A stretch of 64,000 bases of DNA. It comes from Balanoglossus misakiensis (Eukaryota > Animalia > Hemichordata). A program made the position numbers and the translations under genes. The stretch spans positions 13,713,921-13,777,920 of the forward strand of contig CM082581.2 of NCBI GenBank assembly GCA_040954595.2. Direction: 5' to 3'. The notes beneath the pieces are model-generated. The model did no database searches. It was not told where the DNA came from and was given only the letters and a program-made list of their open reading frames with translations. Shown here in pieces: positions 51,258 to 64,000 of the stretch (the stretch's first letter is position 1; the number at the start of each line of letters is the position of its first letter).

Positions 51258-51765
51258 AACCTGGATAACTTTACTGCTGGGTCGCTTTTCAGCTACATTT
51301 GCTATCATAGATTATCTCTCTCACACACACATAGGCCTACATACAGAGTACAAAAACTATACAGAACGTGAATGGCTATTTTCGTGTGATAACAAAATTT
51401 TATTTACACAAGAAAATCGTTTGGCGCAGCGGAATATGACAGTTGGCAAGTAAAATATAAGTAGTGTCTTAAAATACAGAGTTATATATATACAGTGATG
51501 TGAATACTCGATTTGGGTGTCTAGATAATTCATACTTAGTCGCAGAAAAAATTAAAAACTGGACAAAAACGCAACGTGAATTACACAATGTTTTTCAAAT
51601 GTGTAAAGTGAACTATGAATTTATCTGTAATAAAGGCAGTAAAGACGAAAAGTGAATGAATGCACAACTAAGGAGTTCGAGTGGACTAAGTAAGAGCCAA
51701 GGTCTGTGGCTATATACAAGAAAGTTCAGCAAGTGGAAGTCTCCGTGACGTGGACATCGAAGGTG

Positions 51766-52885
51766 CTATTCATGCGAGCGTTGATTTCTTGCATGCATTC
51801 TTGCGTGTCGCCTCAAGTTGCCAGACTGCGAGAAAACCTTCTTGCAGCCCGGATGCGCACAGCGGTACGGTCTCTCGCCGGTATGAGTGCGAAGATGCTT
51901 TCGGAGTGTGGAAGGATCGCTGTAGCGCGTCTGGCAGTGCGTGCAATGGAAAGGTTTTTCGCCGGTGTGAATGCGAAGGTGCGTCTTCAGCGATGAGTTC
52001 TGAGTGAAGCCCTTACCGCAGACGTCACAGTGGTACGGTTTTTGTTCGTCGTGGGTTCTGGCGTGAGTGATGAGGTTGATCTTCTGGGCGAAGCCGTGAC
52101 CGCACACGTCACAAACGAAGGGTTTCTCGCCGGTATGGGTTCTCAGGTGCGTCTTCAAAGTGCTGAGTCGAGTGAACTGACGATGGCAGTAGTGACACGC
52201 GAGATGCCCTGCTTCGGACTTGCGACGCTTGGACGGCTGAGATGGGCTGTCGTTGTCCGACCTCTTTCGTTTCGCTTGCTTCTTTTTGGAGATTTCACTC
52301 GCTGGAGAGACACTGGACGTTTTTGGCGCTTCAACCCTTGCGCTGCCGTCATCATCCTCGTCATCTTCTCCTTCTTCACCGCTATCACCCGTCGAAACAG
52401 ATAACTCAGGCGTGGAAGGAAGTTCAGAGACACCGCTGATATTGGAGAGTGATGAGGAAGATTGCGACGAAGGGCTGCACTGCTCGTGACATGCTTCGGG
52501 CAACAATTGTTCTAAGAGGCTGACGACTGTCTGGTTCGTGGAAGCGACAGGTGAAGCTGTTGGAATGTGTACAACAGGTGGTACGCTAATTGCGGAGGAA
52601 CCACTGTGGAATGGGTAAGCAGACGATGCGAAGTTGGGAAGGACCGTGAAGTTGAAGTTCACAGTGTAAGTGGCACCACTATGGACCTCATCTTTGTCCA
52701 TGTCGTTAGCGGAAATGACGTCGTTGGCTCGGGGTGTCAGACGTTCCCCTGGCCCCGGGGTGGCGTTGTCGCTGACACAGGTGAGAGGTGTGTTGCAGCA
52801 GTCTTTGATAGAACCGGGCGCATCTACACTGTTCGATAATGCCAGAAGAGCTGAAACTACAAGCTCGCGTTCTTCATCTGTAGCG
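51766..52885 (-). CDS. Glass-like C2H2 zinc-finger transcription factor, copy A (5 intact fingers); main exon, 5' exon structure unresolved
   Basis: Five fingers with helices [35 protein letters not shown] follow the recalled Glass order RPSTLKT, QAANLTA, QSSSVTT, DSSTLTK, QSGNLNR. There is an acceptor ttccag at 52886-52891. A candidate upstream exon (53974-54039, with TATA near 54086-54092) does not join directly in frame. Confidence 0.8.
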
Positions 52886-55297
52886 CTGGAAGAGGAAATT
52901 GGAAAGAAATGGAACATTACACAAATGGCAAAATCGGGGTCAGTTTCCGAAAGGAAATCTTTTACCCTCCCCTCCCGTCCACACAATATTGATGCGGCCC
53001 CTTCACACACGTGGCGTGAAGAAGACCACGCTTCCCGAGAGTACGTGTACCAAAACAAATTGAGCTAACGTCCGTGGTAGTTTGTGTATTTGCTTGTTCG
53101 TTTATTTACCACCAACACCAGTTTGATGGTGTTAATCACATGACAGACAAGACTAACTCCTGTCGCATTCCAACACTAGATTAACTTGGTGGGGATAGCG
53201 CAGGTACTGGCGTGGGAAAAGCAAATGATACCACCCTCCCATCCGCCCCCAAAATAAAGTATACGGTGTCCATATCTAAAAACAATACAAGGACCAGGCT
53301 AACCATACAAGTCTGTATCTGCCACGCCGTGAACACGATAACAGGGGTAGATTTCGTCTTCAAACCCCGAACACCACCAAACATTGAGCTACTACGGCTG
53401 CCAAGTTCAAAGTGACACAAAAGTGCAATGGTGACCATGTTTACCTTTTCGTTGTAGCGAACGCCTCGTCTGTACTGATAGGCAAAGATGAAGAAGTGGA
53501 ACACCAAACATCAGCGGCATCTTGCAGTAGGATTGACATCTTGTTTTCTGAGTAGAAGTATAAACTGGGGAGAAAACACACACACATAATTAGCTTTACC
53601 ATCGACACAAGGGCAAAGATATCGGGGCGATGATCGGGACTAGCTGATTGAATGACGGTAAAACACTCCTCAAAAACTGTTCGAAAGTTTGGGCTAAGGA
53701 AGATGAAGTTTATGATGAGTTGAGACTTGAAAACCCCTATGCTTGATGTCGAGAGCGTACCATCTTCGCATGTCCGGATCTCTTTGCTCTCGGAGAATTA
53801 GAGCTAACGACCCGTGCGGGCGGACGATGAGAGCGTTTGCCAGGGGTTACCAGCCTCGAACTTTCTCCACGGTTGGTTTGGCAATTGTGTTCATAGAAAC
53901 TACATGTATTTGCCTTCAAGCTCACCATTTGACGACTGGAGTGACGAGAATCGAGCTAAATATCGACACTTACCTGAAGAATCGAAAAGTCTTGAAGCAC
54001 TTGCAAGTATCTGTCGGAGCACTCTTGAGATGTTGACATTCGCTGGCCACAGAAGCAACTGAAGTTCAAGAGCGTGTGTGCTTGTTTTTATATGGTATCC
54101 CGGCCGCGTGCCTTGACATTAGCATGGCAATTGATACACATTGTCAAGTGCATAGATAAACAATTCAACAATAGCCGGGCATCGGAATCCCCCAATGAAA
54201 ACCTTGTAAGAGGTTCCGCCCATGCAATGATTGGTTTGTCGATACCCAGGGTGTAAACGGGTTGATCAGCATTGATAAGTTTGTCTATTAGCGCATTAGT
54301 GGTCCCCGTGAATAGGAAGTCAGTGGCGACATTTTTTATTGTGTTTACTGAAGAACCGATAGAGAGACCGGAACTTTAGAACTTGTAAAGTTTACTTCTT
54401 CAAGACTTCTTTGAAAAGCGGCCAATGACCGATGTGATAGAAATCAGTATCATTTCATTTTAAAACAAAGCTCACAAAGTCATTGGACCGACTGGTCTAA
54501 GTATAGAGAGGCCCACAGGCAACATGATTGCCATGGAAACGAAGCCCCTAAATCCAACTCTCTTTTTCTCTGTAATTCTCTCTAATTCCTTCGCTAGCTG
54601 CTCAAGGTGACCGTGCTCAGATGCACGATGCCGCGTTGAACATCCAAAACACATGAGGACGAAACATTTGGCAAAACATGGTTATGTAACAGAATCATGT
54701 CGTCAGGAACACAGGGGGCGAAACTGTCGTCGGAAGCAGTGGTGATGCAATTTCTTTTGTGAAAACCGCCAGAATGATTGTATCAGTTATGAAGAGGATG
54801 TTTAATGAGTATCAGCAGATGGGATTGTGTTACTGATCGTTTATATAAATAATTATATTTATTTTTACTGCAATAAAATCCAAATACATTCCACATTAGC
54901 TCGTAGGTTGTGCTCAATGGTTTATATAAAGATTTGTATCATGTGAATGATAAAATCATAGTTCCCAGGGACCATGGTTACCACAAACGCACCACACACG
55001 TACATAAACTTCACGGACTGTAGATTGGATTGCTTTCATTTGTTTATTTATTCTAATATTAAACGTTAGTGGCAAAACGTAACAACGCATTAAAAGTTCA
55101 AGTAATACAATGGTTAAATAACAATAAGATAAAATGGAAGACATGAAATAGACCCAGGATCTATGCTAAATCTAATCATCGATGGGGAATAGGATTTTCA
55201 GAACTGGGTTGGGCTGGTCTCGATGTCCGACAGGTAAAAAAATGTGGCCCTGTAAAAGTTTGATGTGGCGAACTTCAAAACAAACTGGTCGGATATA

Positions 55298-56449
55298 TCA
55301 GTCCTTGCGTTCCTTTGTCTCGTGAAGTTTCGAGTGTCTCTTCAAGTTGCCGGATTGCGAGAAGGCTTTTTTACATCCGGGAAAGTCGCACGTGTACGGT
55401 TTCTCGCCGGTATGAGTACGAAGATGCTTTCGGAGTGTGGAAGGATCGGCGAATCGCATCTGGCAGTGCGTGCAATGGAAAGGTTTCTCGCCGGTATGGA
55501 TGCGAAGGTGCGTCTTCAATGATGAGTTCTGAGTGAAGCTCTTTCTGCAGACGTCGCAGTGGTATGATTTCTCTTCATCGTGGGTTTTGCTAGGGGTCTC
55601 AATCTTGACTTTTGGCGCGAACCCACCACGGCAACGATCTTTCTTCACAGGCTTCTCATCGATGTGCTTTCTGAGATGAGTCTTTAGGGCGCTGGGACGG
55701 GTGAATTTTCGGTGGCAGTAATGACAGGCGAGTTCGCAGTTCTGTGGTGCTGCGCTCGGTTCCTGTTTCACTCGTTTTGTCGACCGAGATTCGTTAGAGC
55801 AGAGATTATCACAGTTGCTACTGTCGGGCTTCTTTCGTTTCTCATCCCTCTGTGGTAACGTTTGGCTGGACACTTCGATCTCCGGTGCAGAGACCGGCTT
55901 GGTCGCGCTAGACGTTGATGGCGCCTCGTCACTGTCATCATCACTGCCGCTGTCACTCGTGGCAACAGACAAATCGGAGGTGGAGAAAAGTTCACTGACA
56001 TCACTCATGCTAGACGGTAGAGGGGAAAGTTGCGATGGGAAATTGCCTTGCGATGTGACAGGTCCCGTGCATTGAGGTGGAAGTGGTAAAAACTGTTCGA
56101 GAAGGGCTACGACTCCTTGGTTCGAGGGACCAGCGGTCGAAACGTTTTGAAACATGTACGCAACAGGTGGCAGCCGTGATTCTGGAAAGGGTGTGAATTG
56201 ATTGCTGCTCCAAAATGGATATCCAGGCGCCGCGTGGTCTAGCATGTCGAAGTTGAAGTTCGCCGTGTTATCGTGGAGTTCACTGGAACGACTCTCGTCC
56301 ATCATGTGGCTAGCGGAAGTGTCGTCGACGACTTGAGGTGTTAGACGATCTCCTGGAGTCTTGTTGTCGTCGCGGACAAGAACGAAACAGGTGTCTTCGC
56401 TGCCACTGCCGAGCAATGCCGAAATGGCCAAGCGACGGATATATCCCAT
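55298..56449 (-). CDS. Glass-like C2H2 zinc-finger transcription factor, copy B (383 aa single coding exon; finger 2 degenerate)
   Basis: Paralog of copy A, with shared motifs [37 protein letters not shown]. Fingers 1, 3, 4 and 5 are intact. Confidence 0.8.
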   Translation of the reverse strand: MGYIRRLAISALLGSGSEDTCFVLVRDDNKTPGDRLTPQVVDDTSASHMMDESRSSELHDNTANFNFDMLDHAAPGYPFWSSNQFTPFPESRLPPVAYMFQNVSTAGPSNQGVVALLEQFLPLPPQCTGPVTSQGNFPSQLSPLPSSMSDVSELFSTSDLSVATSDSGSDDDSDEAPSTSSATKPVSAPEIEVSSQTLPQRDEKRKKPDSSNCDNLCSNESRSTKRVKQEPSAAPQNCELACHYCHRKFTRPSALKTHLRKHIDEKPVKKDRCRGGFAPKVKIETPSKTHDEEKSYHCDVCRKSFTQNSSLKTHLRIHTGEKPFHCTHCQMRFADPSTLRKHLRTHTGEKPYTCDFPGCKKAFSQSGNLKRHSKLHETKERKD

Positions 56450-58611
56450 AATTCACTCAGTCTGACTGATTTCGGTAAAAAATCATGCTTTAGTGAAAGA
56501 AAGAAAGCATGGCTAGATTTCAAATTCAGAACAAATAAATACATGAAACAAGTAAATGATAACAAGTGAAAAGGTGTGGTTTATTACACGCTACCCGAGA
56601 GGGCATTGCGTTGCCTCGGGTTTGACACGCGTACACATGTAAATGGCGTTCATTATCTCACACGCCACTAGGCCATAACCATAGCAATTTGCATATTAAT
56701 TTAGTCTCACCTCACCAGGTGGAAAACAAGAATTTACTAGTATAGGAAAAGAGGGCGTGCGGACCAGCCAAAAAGTTGCGAAAGTGTCCTGGTCTTTAGA
56801 AGTGATTGACTTCACAAATGTTAAATCAGTGGTGTTTTTTTCATGTCAGCCACGCACGCAAGTCTTGACAGCAACCTCACTTTTTCACGTCATTGATCGT
56901 CAAGTTTTGTTTTGGTTTCTGAAAAAAGTCAACATAGTAAACATTTGCATAATAACCACTGGCGCCAACGTGCCTGGAGACAATCTTTATCACTTGACGA
57001 ATCCGTTCACACCTCAGTAATGGGAAACCACTCCTTTTATGGGCGTGGCTTGCTCCAAAGTTTTCATTGAGGAGTTCCGACGGCACGCGAGTAGAAAGAC
57101 CATAAGGACAAGCATACGACCTCTTCGGAATGTGGTATACGTGTACATGTATACAGTCATATCTATCTAGTGGCCGCCTCAATCAGCAGTCTCTGTGCGT
57201 GCTCACATTTGAGATGGACCATGGACTCCATTTACATCGTAATCTGCCACTTTCTACGGAGAATTTACTTTTCCCACGCCACAACCCATGAATTTTAATC
57301 CAGCTTATCTGATGAACATCACCAAGTTGATCTGGTGTTGGTATGCGTCCCGAATCTAACAAGCAAAAAATACTAGAAAAACAAAAGACTGTTAACAAAA
57401 ATGCCTTGTGGTGGCGCCGTCACAAAAGAACTGAGGCGAAACCGAACCGTTGAAGCAAAAACTTCTCAAACCATTTGACCTTTTGCTGTACTATTCTATG
57501 ACGCAACGCAGACCAGTGTTATCACAGTATGAGCGATTGCTTTGCACATTCTGTGAATGATTACTTTGGTTTCACCATCTTTCGGGCAAAATTAATTGCA
57601 GTTATTCAATGATGGCCGCGCTGGCGACAAGTGATTTTTTCCCGGGCGAGTAGGGTTACTTTGAGCAGACCCAGTCTGGAATATGCAGCATCAACAATTT
57701 CAGTGACTTATTTACTTCACCCAAATCCATTTCCTTCTAATTGAAAGAATTAAAACTACTTTCAATGGAATTTTAAGAAAACCTGATGCAAAAAAAGTAT
57801 AAAAAAACACTTCTAAAATAAAAACTATTGCCAGGGTGGACCTGTTCCTATTGCGTTTCCAACTTTTTATCACTTTCAGTTTACTTTTGGGTATCAAATC
57901 CCGTGCGAGAAATAATAAAAGTTTGTTTTTGCTATATTGAAACATGTCCATTAGGCCAATAAAGTAAATTCTTTGTTTTGCGTCCGTGCGCGTAAGTTTT
58001 CGAGAAAAACACAGACACGGTTTTCTCGCAGAATTTTCCCACATCGATGATATTGTGCCACAAAACTAACCTATGACTTTATATTGCTGCAATGTATTTG
58101 TTTATACAGTCATATTACAGCTAATTAACCATATGGTGACGTAAAATGGTGTCAAATCATTTCCGAAATATGCATACAGCATGAGAACACTGTCAATAAT
58201 GGCAGATTGTTTTGCGCATTGAAAGTTGTGTGTGTTTTATAACCGCTTACCCGTCTACCTTTCATGTTTAAGGGGATGTAAAACAAAGTACATGTATTTA
58301 CTTATTTTGGCCTTGATTGTGAAGTTACTTTTTGAGATTCGCGCGACGTTAGAGCGAAAGTCGCGTGATCCTTGTGTGATGTGTGTTCATTGCTTTTTTC
58401 GGAGTGCGCCCCCGTCGATAACTAATAGGCATTTCAATATGGCCGCGTACCTGGTAGAAGGCGGTGCAGCATTGACTTCGCTTGTTTGCATTTCGGCGTG
58501 ACACAATACCGTCTTCGCTCCGCTGTCTCTACCCACGCTTTCGTAATCGCTAACTGATCGACATTTTCTTCATTCAACTTAGGCTATCCCATGGACATTT
58601 AGGGCTTCAAA

Positions 58612-58744
58612 ATGATGGAAGAGGTGGAGGCCGCGGCTCGTCAAGAGCTGGAGGGGATGAGCTGGAGTAGTGACGAGGAGAGTTTCTACGAGAAAAACTC
58701 CGGTCAAGATGTCGTCACAAACGGAGGCAATCAAGCCGACGAAG
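58612..58744 (+). CDS. Probable first coding exon of an unidentified gene (MMEEVEAAARQELEGMSWSSDEESFYEKNSGQDVVTNGGNQADE...); a long intron appears to run to the window end
   Basis: CpG-rich promoter-like region at 58330-58560 with YY1-like AATATGGCCGC; purine-rich coding-like composition; strong donor AAG|GTGAG at 58745. Confidence 0.55.
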
Positions 58745-61700
58745 GTGAGAATTAGTGACCGATCGCACTGGAAAACTGTCCACGAAGCCTCCGTGCTTCG
58801 TTCCAGTTTGACAGGCGAGAGATCTGCTGGGCGAGTTTATTTTTAACGCTCAATATCTCGGCTCCATTCTCAGGCCGTTTGAATGGCAGAACGTATGTTT
58901 AATACGTGGAAGTCCACCGAGTCCTGGGTCGTCCTGTTTACGATAAAAACCCGCAGTGCGCTGAACGCACGACCCCATACATCATGCGTGTACGTCAGTA
59001 AAATCGAAATGCCTGCCGTGTACTTTGAACTGCTTCGAGCGAAGAAGGAAAATTATATGTTGAAGCGTCGCCTTCTCATATTTTCACTGTGTGTACGTCC
59101 GACCAGTGAAAACGCGAGGTGTCAGACACTTTAACAATCAATCGATCGATCTATTGTGCGCGACGCTATTGTTTTGTTTGGTAGAGAGTATTGTTGTTGT
59201 TCCGGGTTTGGATTTGACCAATCATCGATCATAGGAGACCTTTTCACTTTAATTTTTAGTCATGTTGAATGAAATAAAATACATGTACGATGTTGGCTGA
59301 CTTTGCAACATACTCTCAACCAATGTCTGTTGCTTTCCGCAATTTATAAGTTAGAGTAACAAAACTTGCGTCTTGTGTCTGTTGTCAGTATTGGTATTGC
59401 TTGTAGCTTCACAATATCCGGTGTGGACACTAGAATCTTGCCATACAAAAACTTGCGGGGCGTGCCACTGTGTGCTATCGCGGTTAAGTGACGAAACCAT
59501 CGTGATGTCAGAGAATACATTGTAGGTGTATCCGCTGTGACATTTACAATGTCAAAGCGGTAAACAGTTAATAATACAATCATAATATCTCAGACTTCCT
59601 GAATGAATGAAAAAAATGCTGAATGAATGAATTGGATGGATAGATTAATGATGGAAAAACCAGGTACACACACAAATATTGCATAACTTTGAAATGGACA
59701 TCAGAGTCATGTCAATAGCGATATTATGTAACAGACATTGTCTCTATTGTAAGCAATTGCACATAAAGTGGAGGTTTATGAGTAAAAGCTGTGACTTCTA
59801 TATGTGGCCTGTGTGTTTGTTTTCCCTTGTAAAGTAAATTTCCAGGTGTTTGTCAAACTTCTTTACATTTCAGCTGGCCAGTTCAAGTTACAGTTAAATT
59901 CAAAACCAATTTTGAAAGTCACAGCAGAACTTAATTATTGCACAGGTAACCTGCACTGTACAGTAATGGAGATGGTATGTTTCTTCGTGATGCAAACAAG
60001 TGTATACCACGTGTATTCATTATGTAACAAATAAGATTTTATTATATTACATTTTGGTACCTGTGAACTTGTTCCCAATTGATTTAAGTAATCCTGTTGT
60101 GTCAATACACTCTCTGGCAGAAGTAGTTTAATGCACCATGTGTTGTGGTGGTAGAAAAGAATAATGTATGACAAGATTTCAAATAAAACAAGTGACTTAG
60201 ACAAAAAGAAAATTGCATTGTTGAATTTTTACATTACTGAGCAGAAAGTGAAACTTTAAAGTGATTGCTTAAGTAGGTGAGGATTTTTGTGGGTCTTCCT
60301 GTTCAAAGTTGAAATGTCGAGATTAAGTTTAACATGTCAGTTGAAGACAGTCTGTCTTCAATGTATAATGTAATCTAATGTCGGCTGCGTTGGATGTTTA
60401 AGCCATCTCAGTAAATATTATTGTTTCAAGACAACATCTGAAAATTTCTTTTCTTATGGCCATTCAGTGTAATTTTTCTGTTTCGTAATTGTAATTTCTG
60501 TTTCTGATTGTAATTTTTTGATTGAAATAACTCCACAAGTAGACATTCTTTTCTAGCCTATAGTGTAATTGCAACAGAATTGCATACAGTTTAACCCATA
60601 GGCCATGTACATCCAACATTTGCACATTTATTTGCAAATTGGCCTTCAATCACCGTCTTCAAACTTGGCATTCAAAAATTTCTGTGCTGCGCGATGTTGA
60701 ATTTACTCTACCCAGCAGCTAGCTTTGGAAAGTTATAAAGTTCATAAACCTTATTGTACCGAACTGGACTGCATGGACAGGCAAAGGTCAGGTAGAGTTC
60801 AGTGTGATAGAATGACTGACATATATATGGTCCATATCTTAAATGTTTCTTGTCAGCTGTTTACTTTCTATATTAACCTGTTAGGTTTGAAACTGTGGGT
60901 CAGTTATTGGGTTTGTGCCAGACCAGTGTTGTGTTGGGTCAGAGCTTGATTTGTCCACGAATTAAGGTTTTAGCTCCGGCGTAAATTGGGGGTGGCCGTG
61001 TAGACCTTGACAGCCCTTTGCTACAGTCTCTGGTCTTGTTCTCTGCTGTTCTGCAGGGATATATCAAAGCAGAGAGCAGAGCCAATACAGGACTGTGTAG
61101 TAACACTCTCTCAATAGCTACTGAGGTTGCCCAGCTGAGGTGAGGTTTGGCACACTCAGAAGGACAAGGTATTTCCATAGTCATCCAAAGGGACTACCAG
61201 TGCCAAACTTTGCCAAAATCAGACCACTGATTAACTATCTAAACATCCAGGCAAGTGAACCACTTCGCCTGTTTCGTTTACAGCCAATGCAGCCAATCTG
61301 ATATTATATTTGACTTACTGACACAGTTTGAGACAAGGTAGGAAAATGAGGGCGTAACGCTTGGCAGGTTACCTTTGTCATCTGAGGCAAAGAATGCAAT
61401 TGAAATGAATTGTGAGTCCATGCAACCATGAATAGTTTCACTCAAGAATAGCAAGGTTTACTTTAAATGGTGTTTTTACACACCTGCTCTTTAACCTGTG
61501 TGGTGCTGTTTTTAAACAGGGACAGTAACTGTAAACCAGACCAATTTCTGCTTTGAGGATTTTTAAAAACATTGTTATTGTTTAAAAATTGTTTTCAGGT
61601 TGGGACTTGAATGCGTTTGTAAACAATAAAAATGTTTTGAAGACACACTTGGTAGGGACATATTACAGTTAAATACTAAAATACCAAAAATCAGCCATGT

Positions 61701-64000
61701 TGTAACTTTGAACTTGACATACAACTACAACAGTCAGTTGCAACAATTGTACATGTAGCAAACCAGGTGGGTGGTCCCTGAACCAAAACCGCATTGTCTC
61801 TGCTCAAGCAAAATATTTAAATTGTCAAATAGTTAGAATGGTTAGTGGTTACTTAAGTGGGTAACTTTTGCTTGGATACTTTGCGATAACCCTGGCAACC
61901 CAGTAGCTCTGTCATATCTTCAACTTCTGGTGGAGATCGCTTGTCAACAGATTCATAGGTTATTTTGCTGGCTGTTTCAGTTATTACGGTAGCTTATTTT
62001 ATCTTCTCATATTGACATATTTATCACACTTACAAGCCTAATAACAACCTATCTTTATAGTTTGTGTTGATGTGAAGGACTCCCACATTGAGAGTTCAAT
62101 ATGACCGTGATTTGCTTCTGTGAATATATCATGCAGTCATATTACTTTGCTGCTAAGACTGAAGCTCTGTATTGTACGTACATATGTACATATCAACAAA
62201 ACGTTGTACATCACAATCAACATTTTCTAATCAGTTTCTTGAAATATGTACTTTCTCCAAGCCAATAGAATTGAATGTGAAATTTCAACTACCGAGTATG
62301 TCCAGTGGCATATAGTTTAAGTAGAGCTCCTTTAAAGTAGGAAATGTCATCAGATGTTTATTGAATACAAAGTACAACGGCATCAAATGGAAGTGATAGA
62401 GTGACATTTGAAACAAACTGAACCCTTGTACAGAGTCATCTCAGAAACAGAGTCTGTGGAGACCGGGGGACTTGGAGAAATGTTTTATCTTCTTTTCTCA
62501 AGATGAACCGTTGAGAGTAATTTTGAGATATAGACTAACATTTCACCAGTCTCATCCAACATTCATTGCCCATTTTTGGAAATCCTCAAGTCCCAAAAGC
62601 CAACTCTCGATCTAACACCAGTCAGGGAGCTCTTCCCTCTTCTGAGAGTGTCAAATATACTGCATAATCATTGGATTCTCAGGTCTGAGTGTACAGTAGC
62701 ATACAGCTTTATTTCAGATAGTGTTACAAACCTCAGATCACTTTGCTGATTATGCAACCCTGAGGTCAGCTCCATGCAAATGACAACAAACAGACTCAGT
62801 GGTGTCTTGTGGAGAATTGTCACTGGCATGTCCAGTTGTTAGGTCATTCTTGCAAATATCCCCCTTCACCGAAGATCAAAACAAATGTGATAGTTCTTTT
62901 ACAAACAAAATCAACCCACCTGTTTGCTCAAAGGAAGCAACATTTTTTGATGACCCTCCCAAGTCTTGTTACAGTAATGGAACAGTGACACGTACTATCT
63001 CAGCAAAGATTGGGATGGATTCTCAGCCACTTCCTTAGATGAACTTTCGATAAACGTGAATTCTTTTCGTTCCTTTGCCTTTGCTTTGTGTCTGATGAGA
63101 TCATTGTGTCATTATCACTGACCAGCGTGTGACCCCCAGAGAGTACATCCAGAGGTCATCCTCATTCTAAGTGCATGTACTTGCACATGTACTGGAATGG
63201 GAGAGATGTGTACATCAATCACAGAGACGCAGTGGCACACACACATAGTGAGGCTGATTAGTACAGGCAACAGACATCCAAGGACAGACGTATAAATGGT
63301 AATTTTCCGCACTTGAAGTGAAGATCAAAGAAGAGCCAGATCAAAGCAAGACAAAACCAGAACCAAATTCAAAGAAACACTGGCAACAGTGATAGTTACG
63401 AGACATTAGAAAGTCAAAGTAGCCAATAACAGTCTGTAATTTGAAAGGAATCGGGCCATAAACTGTGAACCCCTATTCACCAGATGGGCTGTAAAACTAT
63501 GTTTACTTTGCAGTGTAATAGATGCTTCAGGCCAGGCTATTGATTTATGGCACTTGGCAAAAGACACCAATAAACCTCACTGCAAATTGGCACTGACCTT
63601 GGCCTGTGCATTACATCCCTGGATATTTGACCTTTTCAGGGTCGCCTCCTTTTTGAGAGCCTGGAGAGTCGTATTAGAGGGCAGTGTGACATACATGATG
63701 CCAGGATTGGCTCAGTTTGAGAGCCTCATCTTACAGACCCAAACCAAAGTTAACCACTTGGTTCTCATGGAGCTTGACTCCTCTTATCTGTGATCCTCAC
63801 TTCTAAGCTTCTTAGCTCTTCCCCCGTCCCTACCTCCCTACCGTGGAAGTAAAAAACCATAATACAATGCAAGAAATAATACCAACCCATCTCTACATCA
63901 GATTTAGCACCTCATGAATCAAACATATGCAGGTTTTTCTTGCCTGATAGAGGACACTGGCGGGGGAGTAATGTAGAAATCCTGAAATTCAGGACAGACC

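Noticed and set aside
52886-53058. N-terminal extension of the 430-aa zinc-finger ORF
   Set aside because: Non-ATG start and a pyrimidine-rich acceptor; probably intronic.
51706-56075. Multiple plus-strand ORFs over the zinc-finger genes
   Set aside because: Antisense shadows typical of C2H2 repeats.
58745-64000. Short ORFs in the final 5 kb
   Set aside because: AT-rich, no motifs, no consistent exon signals; treated as intron.
1-64000. CRISPR arrays, operons, rRNA/tRNA genes or intact transposases
   Set aside because: The sequence is spliced eukaryotic DNA. No regularly spaced repeats, RNA-gene signatures, or transposase/reverse-transcriptase ORFs were seen.

Overview
Intron-rich animal genomic DNA with GT-AG introns. 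The gene set suggests an invertebrate deuterostome, but this is inference. Exons were assembled by hand and splice phases checked. From left to right the window holds: the last exon of an FGF gene (+); a 12-exon nucleophosmin/nucleoplasmin gene (-) head-to-head with SIL1 (+); three tandem SLC28/CNT nucleoside-transporter paralogs (+); an MS4A/CD20-like tetraspan gene (-); arylsulfatase G (+); two tandem Glass-like C2H2 zinc-finger genes (-); and the first coding exon of an unidentified gene (+). Four observations stand out. (1) All three CNT paralogs replace the conserved HP1 glutamate (QTEAP/MTEAP becomes MTTAP/MTIAP). (2) CNT copy 1 has two frame-incompatible duplicate exons encoding the CGFxN ribose-binding segment. 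(3) ARSG has two duplicate exons encoding an active-site loop. (4) One Glass-like paralog has lost the zinc ligands of finger 2. No prokaryotic systems, RNA genes or intact transposases could be supported. Gene names rest on recalled motifs, not database searches.
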